A stretch of 57,973 nucleotides of DNA, filler included, from Sphacelaria rigidula (taxonomy: Eukaryota), in the NCBI GenBank assembly GCA_964200075.2. It is 6 parts of 6 records of this genome, joined end to end, with 100 filler letters (N's around TTAATTAATTAA, not from the genome) between each part and the next. Parts side by side here need not be neighbours in the genome. Positions count along the whole stretch, not along the records: positions 48,396 to 57,973 come from CAXNAA020008170.1; 5 more parts are not named here. One strand, given 5' to 3'. Shown here one piece after another: positions 49,195 through 57,973 of this stretch. Position 1 is the first letter of the stretch. Each line of letters opens with the position of its first letter. The notes beneath the pieces were generated by a model. That model saw nothing but the letters and a program-made list of their open reading frames with translations, did not search any database and was not told where the DNA came from. The translations under genes were made by a program, and so were the position numbers.

Positions 49195-49820
49195 GGGGGG
49201 AGGGGGTGTACTCATGATTTTGCATGCCATAGTCATGATACCATTGACCTCGCATCCCTACTAAGGCGAGGCGGAGCGCGCCGGGTTTTCGCCGGACCAG
49301 GCCCGCAACAATCACCAAGCGCGAAACGCAGCGATGTGTTCGGCGAGTCGATGAAAGGTGGACTGCATCCTGCTAAGACTTTTCGACCCGAAGCGTGTGC
49401 TGCTTATCTTGCATTTGGATGACAGCGGCCAATGCGTTGCTTAATTTTCTGGCAACGCCACTTCCAGAGACAGCCACGGCTTATACACTGCCTCATGGGT
49501 GTCTCACCATTTACACACTACGTGGTACGATCATCTCCTTTGCGCGGAGTTGAGGTTCTCCCACCGTGGACAATATGATCTAGCACGATCACCATGGTTC
49601 CCGCCAAAATAAAACGCATGCGCGCAAACAAAGTCGGTAAGCTGGTTGTCGAGCTTACGCAGTGAGTGACGTGTTTCATAGCGTCATTGCCAACCGACGC
49701 CAACCCCATAGGGGGTTCGCCAGACCAGGCTAGTGGGGGAGTGCGGGGGCGTACTCATTTGTTGCTTGCCTTCGTCGTTTGACCGTTGATCACGCATCCC
49801 CTTTAAGACGGAGAACAGGT
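49195..49820 (+). repeat. ~600-nt repeat family, copy 4 (near complete)
   Basis: Aligns with the other copies and includes the terminal variant module also seen at 9515-9580. Confidence 0.92.
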
Positions 49821-50645
49821 CATGAGGGGGGAAGGGGATGGGGGCATGATACGGCGTCGATCGAGCAAGATCTTTTCGACTAATCGGGACCCCGTAGAGT
49901 GCGGTTTTCCCCCATGGAAGTCACGGTCGCTTGGCACACGCTTTGTTCCCTATTGAGTGAGCCTGAGATGGGTGAGGAAAAGTTGATTGCTTGAGAAAAA
50001 GGGCTCCACGTGTGTGTTCCACGACCCCACATAACCATGTTGCGCGCAAGTGCTGGTAGAAACGCTACCAAGCGGAGTTAAGGCGTGTGTCATTGTGATT
50101 CCAGGAGCACTTGGATGATTTCACTGCTTTCAGTGATGCTCGAACGTTGCTTCTCTGTGCACGGAACGGTCCCAAACACCCCTGCCGCCCGTATCGTTGG
50201 AATTTTCTCCACGCTATTTGAAAGTATGTGCCCTTGGTGGATTGAGAGCAATGTCGTGCGAGGTCCCCGTGCGATGCGGTCATGCCACGTTGGCAACTCA
50301 CCGTCGTATGATGGTCACCCCCTATTGTGGATTCAAGTCCACTCGACCGGTCAAGCAAGCTGTATTCTGTCCTGCACTGGCTGCGGAGAAATTCATGTGC
50401 GCAGGTTGACGGACAAACGCTCTGGATTCCATCAGAGGTTTCATGAATTGACGATACAGGGCAGGTTCCTCGATTCCCAATGACAGATCTGCAGGGTTTT
50501 TGCGTACATCGGAGTTCTGGCGATTAGTTCCACGGAGCATTCGGGAAACCTTCTGACTGCTAAGTTACGAATGTGCAAACATCGAAAAAACAACAGTTCC
50601 AAGAACTTGCTTCCCCCTTCATTTGCCTTTTGTTGAAAACAAAAG

Positions 50646-53574
50646 GGGTTGGACGACTGGGCGGTTCATGACGACAGGGCAAAGCTCTTCAGCCCTCAGG
50701 AGTCGGGCCTGGCCCTCCTCGACACGTCCAACGGCGAACTCCTCGAGCGCATCTACGCAGCAAATGGATCCGGATGGATAAAGATCGCGGTTGTGCGCGA
50801 CCCCGTGACCCGACTGCTGTCGGCCTACCTCGACCTCCAGCGTGCACGGAACATTCGACCAAAATATAGCACCATCAAGAACGACGGACACAACGACAAC
50901 GATAACAACCAGGACGAGGACAACGACATCACGGCCGATACAGCCACGTATACAGGCGCGTGGGGTGCACCTGGCAGTATTTTCGACACAAGCGACGAGG
51001 GCGGGGCGTTGTTACCGTTCGGCGAGTTTGTGGATCGACTCACGGTGGCGGAGGAAATGGGCAAGGCCGGCGCTGCTTTTAGACCGTGGTCGAACCTATG
51101 CGGAATAAGGCATGCGCCGTTCGAGAGCATAATCCCGTTCGAGAGCCTGAAGGTAGTATACTATATACTTTCATCAATGTCTACACATCCCATGCATGCA
51201 TATTTCCGAGTGTCGGCGTTTTTTAGTGAGGGTGTGACCTATTTTTCACGATTTGTATCGTTATTCTTCACATTTTTCTTCATACAACGTAACTCTGACC
51301 GACTCTGACTCTGGGTTCGTTTAGTCATAGTTTTACTAGTCCTCCTTGAGTAGATCCTCAAAGGGTATAACATTTCAACCCCATGGGTGTGCTTCGCCAG
51401 CAGCAGCAGAAACGTTTAGATCGCGGACACATACCGAAGACATTGGCAAAAGTCTCGGCATATCACGCGCGATAGTTGCTGTGTTACAATAGGTGGAGAT
51501 TCTCCTTTGTTTTCGTGTTCGCCTTGATGGGCACAATGTAGCCAAGACTGGGGCACGGCTCGGCAGCATGTATCATTTGGTGCATGTGCTCTACAGCACG
51601 CGATGTACGAAACTTTGGAGGAGTCGAATCAAGAGAAAATAATCAATCTTCCAGTATGCCGCTGATGCTGTGGCTACAACAGTCAGGAATTTCTGTGGGG
51701 AAATGTCGGTGGGAATCAAGAGACTTTCCCGCGTATACTCAAGGTGTACGGGTTTGACCGTCTATCGAGCTGACTCGTTGATGAAATAAAATAACGGATC
51801 GCGCTCGGTCACCCCCTCCTATTTTTCCTACGGTACAGTTTATATTTGTCAGCAGTAATCCATCATTGAGAACTGCTGATCCCTGGGCATACATGCCGCG
51901 CTTCGCATGTGCAGTACGCGCCGGTGGTCTGAATTCGTAGGGTGCAATTGAAATTGGACTGAGGTTTCAAATCTCACCGGGTGCGTTTTTGTTTGTGAGA
52001 AGCATCTGATGTTGTTGTCCATTTAAAACAGGACATGAAGAGCAAAATAGCGTTGAATTGACGAGAGTCGACGTGGTGCGGGAGTGCCGATCCAATTCGC
52101 GGTGCCAAAACCCGAGCGGTGTACCGGGGGAGGGACGAGTCTGTCACATGAGACTACGGACTCGTTCCGATGAAAGGGGAGGGGGTGGAGGTAGGAGGAG
52201 GGCTCAATGGTGGAAGTTATTCGACGTGCATGTTTCAGGCCGCACGTGCTTGACTCTGCACTGATATCACGATGTACCCTGCACAGCGCATGGTTAGTTT
52301 AGTACTCCGTGTTGAATGTCCCTGGTCCAGAAAGTACGCCTTGACCACCGCCTGCACGTTGAGGCGGGTGATGTCCATTTTGATATACGGTGATACGGTG
52401 ATGAACGATAGTGGGCCCCTTCCCCGACACCCCCCCTACATTCCTCATCTCACGTTCTCATCCCGTTTGACTCCCACACAGGAAAGGGCGACAGAGGTGG
52501 TGAAGTCGCTACCGGGTGCGGTATGGGACACGTATGCAAGCGACGGCTGGGGGCCGCAGCTCCATGGCGAGTTCATGGAGTTCGACTATGGAGGGGCCAA
52601 TTCATGGCTGTTCCCGTCAGGTATTTACACGATTAAGGCAAGCGTGTGCCGCAGATGGCCAATTAAAAGCAACTCCCGGCGTGACACAGGTTTCAGCCCC
52701 TCGATTTGGATATACCTCTACGATATCTTTTTGCCTATGACTGATGAGCTCCCCTCCATTTTCAAGGCATTCGATGTCGGAAAATACGCTTTAACGCTGG
52801 CGTGGTTTCAGTGTAAAGCGCTTTACGTGTGGATTTCGTGAAGCATTGCACGAAGTTGAACGTCTGACGTGCAGTGCTGCACGGCGAGCAAATCTTTTGA
52901 GGACATCGTAATGCGTGAGAGGAGCGCTTGCTTGGGCGGACGCATCGTAGTTCAAAACACCTTGGGATCGACAGTTTTCAAACCCATTCGGGGCAGCCTC
53001 TGCAGGGTCCACGCCCCTGACCCTAAACCAAACACTAACACTAACCCCAACCCTAACCCTAACCATAGGGGTATTCAAAACCCGATCCGGTCCCCTAAGC
53101 AAGCGGTTCTCCCACGCATTCCACGATCACTTTCTATTCGGTATTCGAATTCCTCCAGCACCTGCACTGCCATGTCCTTAAATCCTTAGTTGCTCGTGAC
53201 ATGTGCGTATATGTATATATGTATATATATACATGAAACGAAACACTGAGCAGGTCTATACGTGGATTGTTGATGTATGTGTTCTGCATTTCCATCTCCA
53301 GCGTGAGACATCCTTGATTTATTCTGTTTTTTCCGTGCGTTTTGTTTTGCACTCCACGCGTTTTTCGGAAGCAGAATCTGAAGTTCAGACTACATTGCCA
53401 ATAACGCGCACTGAGGACCTTTTCGATGGATCTTCCTGCGAATGGACCAAGTTCTACACGGAAGAGTCTATCCTTGACAAAGTATTCGAAGTGTATGCTT
53501 CGGACTACGACATGTTTACATGGTACGGTATCAACAAGTGGAAAGAAAGGCTTCAAGATTGCTTGGTGCGGTGA
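50646..53574 (+). CDS. Sulfotransfer_2-type (carbohydrate) sulfotransferase, last three exons 50646-51152, 52482-52620, 53375-53574; 5'-incomplete
   Basis: 3'-phosphate-binding motif IAVVRDPVTRLLSAYLD, then FRPWSNLCG..FE.IIPFE.L, and a C-terminal FY..ILDKVFEVYASDYDMF. GT-AG junctions are in phase. Confidence 0.88.
53020..53065. repeat. Short degenerate (CCCTAA)n tract in an intronic repeat
   Basis: CCCTAAACCAAACACTAACACTAACCCCAACCCTAACCCTAACC. Confidence 0.75.
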
Positions 53575-54639
53575 TTTGGGAGAGGATGGAGGGAGGGTAC
53601 TCAGGGTTTGCCTACATATGTTCGATACCTAGGGGTTCACAGTGTTCATCGCTTATATGGTCGTTGTGCCCCCATCACGTTGTACAGGACCCTCTTGAAT
53701 GAAGCCGCGGGGACGATAGGTTTCCCGCTATTGTTTGCGCAATACTGATATTTTACAGTAGTATTGTGCTGGTGTACGTTGTATATATCACTAATTGAGT
53801 AACACCTCTAGGTTTGATGGTTGTGTTCGGTCCGCAAACCCCCAAACCACGTCACTTTGGGGTAATATTCGTCGTAATCTACGGTACATCGGTGACCACA
53901 GCGTCCTCGACAGGCACGCAGCCTCATTCTCAATGGACCGATCGTCGATATTCAGCCGTTCTCCTCACTTGTGACATAAATGGCTTGTGGATATGAAATA
54001 TGTTTAATCTATTCACATATGTACAGCTACCCTCGTTATCTCGCCCCCTGCAATTTCCTATCGCATTATAGCCCCCTGTGTTCATATTTGGCAGAGAAGG
54101 GCAGCGACAGCAGAGTGGGGACCTGGGGGGAACTTTGTGCTTACGCATTATATACCACCGCAAAAAGATCAGTTCCCTCCTCTTGAATCATGGCCGTGTC
54201 GTACAGCGTATTCGACAGGACTACCGTGGTTGTTATCGTGTCTTCTTTCCTTTCAAAGTACGTGTAGTGACCCTGTGTTTTCGCCGGAAGCCACCTGGTG
54301 CATTGCACTGGCGTTGCGTGGTGCGTGGTGTTGAGATGCGGTGGTCGATGCGCTATCGTCAGGAGTAAACCACAGTATGTACAGCAGGGGCGAGGTTTCG
54401 TTTGTCGATATCGGATTTTTTACCGCTGCAACGTTTTCGATATTCCTCTTCTGTGAGTATCGTAGTGTTTGAATATCTCGACGTGTTGGTATTCGCCTGT
54501 TGGTTTGTGCCACTGAAGTAGTCGTCCTCCATCTTCAAAACCCAGTCGCACCCTCGGCCATAGCAGATGACGTTTGTGTAGTTTTCTATTATATTCTCCG
54601 TTGCATCTTGTTTGTCTCGTTTGGCTTGTTCTCCTACGG

Positions 54640-55130
54640 CTGGCAATGACGCTGTGAAACACGCCTCTCACTGCGTATGGTAGGCAACCAGGTTAGCGAA
54701 TTTGGTGCGCGCTTGCGTTGTTTAGGCGGCGACCATGATGATGGCCGAGTAAGATCATATTGTGCGGAGTGAAAGAAGCTCAACTCCGTGCAAAAGGGAT
54801 GGTCATACGATGTAGTGCTTGATGGCAAGACGCCCATGAGGCAGTGTGGAGGCCGTGGCTATCTCTGGAAGTTACTATACCAGAAAATGATGCAACTCAT
54901 TGAAGGCTGTCACCCAAATGCAAGATAATCAGTATGCTTCGGGCCGAACAATCTTAACAGGATGCAGCTTGCCTTTCATGCGACTCGCCGAACGCATCAC
55001 GGCGCTTCGCACTTGGTGATTGACTGCGATCCTGATCTGGCGAAAACCCGGTGCGCTTCATCCCGACTTTTTAGGGATGCGAGATCAACGATCATATGAC
55101 ATTGGCATGCAAGGCCATGAGTACACCCTC
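54640..55130 (-). repeat. ~600-nt repeat family, copy 5
   Basis: Aligns with the other copies. Confidence 0.9.
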
Positions 55131-55139
55131 GTGAAACCC

Positions 55140-55235
55140 TAAGGAGATGCCGCGGTAGTTGCTGCACTTGTGCGAGTCCTTTTTCTTGAGCAGCACCGTG
55201 ATGACAGCGTCTTTCAATTCGTAAGTCATCCTGCG
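55140..55235 (-). mobile_element. Small LINE reverse transcriptase fragment
   Basis: KDAVITVLLKKKDSHKCSNYRGISL, the characteristic NYR.ISL motif of non-LTR RTs. Confidence 0.8.
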
Positions 55236-57973
55236 ATAGTGGGGAGAGGGGAGGTAAAGGGTATTTTGGGCCATTTCTTTCACGAAATTTCACTTTGAAT
55301 CACCGTCGCAAGCGGCAACGAACTGTTGTCACTTGTTACCCATATATCACACTCGTTTATGCCGCATGACACCGGTTTCCTCCAAATACAAGCGTACCGC
55401 GCGTGTGTTAGCTCGTCTGACACACCTATGAGTCCATTTTTTCATGGTACCATCTCCCTGCCGCCTATCGCAGGATGGCTCCCTTATGGCACTATTCCCT
55501 GACGCCACGCTGTGAGCACGAGGGTATGGGGGCACTTGAGTTCCAATTTCACGAAGTGAATTTCACAAATTGGAGTTGGTTTCCGCTGCGGGTAAAAATT
55601 CGACTTGCTTTTTGCGACTCCGTTTTTGCGTCAGGATTTTTTCGATCCGCTTCTTGCGATCTGATTCTTGCGATAGTTTTTGTGGTAGATGTTTCCACTC
55701 TAGAACCTTTATCGAGCTCGTTTTGGGGGGAAAACTTCGTCACACGGACACCGAACGCGCCCTGCTCCAAGGGGGACCTGGACAAACAGCACTTGCTGCT
55801 GCCCATCTAGTATCATATTCCAAATCGAAGTCTTGAGTAAGAACCCCCAGCGTTTAGTGCTTATGTACAAGGGTGATCTACATCAAGTATCATGCTCCAA
55901 AACGTACCTGACAAGGGGGCAACACCGCCGTACAGACAGTAGTACTGCTAGCGGATCCTACGTCCGGACAGTCTGTGACAGTTAGGGGGTGATTGGGGCC
56001 CGATTTTGGGCACAAGATACCTGGAAAATGGACCGACCAACTACACAGTCGGTTGGATGCAGAAGAAATGAAACCTGGACGAGCCAATTAGTATCAATCA
56101 GAAGTACACGTGTCACTCGAAGTGACGACGGCGCTCATACAAAATGTACTACTGCTATAGTACATCCTACAACACACCTGTGACTGACGTTGCTGTACAC
56201 CTGTACACAGGGTTACAGCAGCAGGAGGATAGAACCTGCTGCTCGTGTTGTTGTTGTGCCCCTCTTGTTGCGGTATGTTAATGTGCTTATCTTTCAACTC
56301 TATTTTCTCGGCAACGAAGCAGAGGATTGGACTGCGGTTTGATGCATGCGATTTCCACACACCAGGAGTATCAAGTGTTGCAAGCAGGTTTCCGTAACGC
56401 GTGCCGCGGAGGCCGCAGCACTTTGCAAACCGTTGAACTAGACACGAAACCAAACACGAAATGTACTGAAAACGCGTTTCCTGCAACGTTCTGGGGCATT
56501 TCGGATCCGCTGCGGCGAATTGACCAACTCCACCGCCATACGGAATCGATCTAGTGTGTGTGCGGGGGTTTGAGTAGTGTCACAGGCCGGTTTCCTTCCT
56601 GTCTCGAGAATTGCGCGATGAGAAAATTACAGCTGTCGCATAATAAACCTAAGTAACTTGGGATGGAGCGTGTGTTATGCTCGGCACAGGTTTGGCACAG
56701 GTTCGGCACAGGTCCGAACAGTCCATGACGTCTTCAACATGTCTTCAATATCCCTCCGCGTTCGTTTTATTTTTGGTGGGACACGGATTTTTGGTCGGTA
56801 AGGCCTTCATTCACCCCCATGACAATCTGGCAGCCGGCGAGGTGGTTATGGTAGTGTCCTTCTAGCGATATATCATCTTAAAGTGCACTAGAGCAGAGCT
56901 TACAGGTGAATATTTCGGCGATTGCCTCACCTGCAATTCGCCCAGATGTTGCCCCTGCATCATGTATGGAAAATGTACCCAACCGTGGACAAAACAATTC
57001 TACAGACAGTACGAACACGATGTGGAAAGGGTACTGCGCAACGTCGAGTGTGCTGTGTGTGTTGTCGTCCCATAATTTGTGGACGCCGGCCTGCGCCACC
57101 TTTCGGTATATGTGGGCGCACCAGCCGCGGCTGTGTTACTGTACAGCTTCGCCCAAGATACAGGCACCATTACAGCGGCGGAGGCGGCATTTCACTCCTG
57201 CGTGCGCCACCTGGGGCAAATGCACACTGTAGCTGCAACACGTGCAGCTTTACAAAATGTGACGTAGCAATATGGCGCATGGCGAGGAGATTTATTTACT
57301 GCGTACACCTTGGCTGCGAAACAACGGCTGCACTCATGATGTGGCGAACTACATAGGACGACGCGAAATCAATGCAGGACAGGGATAGACTAAGGATACG
57401 GCGTTCTGCGGTGTACTTTGTCACCCTGAACCTTGCCGCCGTGCAGTGAGCGGGTAGTACCGCTGCAGGTTTCACGCCGCGGTTGGTACACAGTATCGGC
57501 TGCACACTTAAAGGGTAACCTCTGCATTGAGATTAAAAAAAATCACTGAATTAAATTTCACGGGCGGAGCGCGTTATTTTCGAGCAGCACGCGCGCTAGC
57601 GTTTCCGTGTTGCCGATACTGTGCCGGCGCGCTTGTGCACGACAGCGTTGTACTCTCCTGTGGCAGCCCGTCACGGTATTGCCCCTCATGTTTCATGACA
57701 CTTTATTCGAAAGCACCCAGAGGAAATACCAGCGAGTCCATCGTTGTTGCACTCGGAGGTGTGGCGTACCAGTTTTTCGATCTGGTACTGCCGCATGCTC
57801 CGTGCCGTACGAACTAGTATACCTTACCAGTTCAAAAACGGACACGCGTGAAATTAACGCCACCGACATGCGACACTTTCTACGATAGCCCCCCCCCCCC
57901 AAAAGTGCATGGTTTTAGGAGGCAAAACCTTCGCGTGAACCGAACTGAGAAAAGCCGAGCACAACGAGAAGCT

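Noticed and set aside
50197..50409. Possible upstream sulfotransferase exon (AVFCPAL)
   Set aside because: It lacks the expected P-K-x-x-[ST] 5' PAPS motif and a clear in-phase donor.
17464..53574. FEA1-like, DXO, DOCK and sulfotransferase genes as a functional cluster
   Set aside because: Each lies on a different, unlinked contig.

Overview
This window is not one locus. It is six unrelated eukaryotic contigs of near-identical, descending length (1-9580, 9681-19259, 19360-28938, 29039-38617, 38718-48295, 48396-57973), joined by artificial 100-nt linkers (44 N + TTAATTAATTAA + 44 N). The short exons, long repeat-filled GT-AG introns and repeat landscape suggest a brown alga or other stramenopile (inference). 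Contig 1 is decayed retroelements (chromodomain Ty3/Gypsy, two Ty1/Copia, a LINE) plus several MITEs. Contig 2 holds the first exon of a probably secreted FEA1/ISIP2-like iron-uptake protein among SINEs and MITEs. Contig 3 holds a spliced DXO/RAI1 decapping-nuclease gene. Contig 4 holds five phase-compatible exons of a DOCK-family GEF. Contig 5 is coding-looking but unassignable decayed DNA. Contig 6 holds the last three exons of a Sulfotransfer_2-type sulfotransferase. Most ORFs in the six-frame track are spurious. I see no CRISPR array, rRNA or prokaryote-type system. The best candidates for novelty are several small non-autonomous transposon families (two proven by empty-site paralogues in the window), an abundant ~600-nt repeat with split direct repeats, the FEA1-like gene and the ambiguous 5' structure of the DXO gene. 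All family assignments come from motif recognition by eye; no searches were run.
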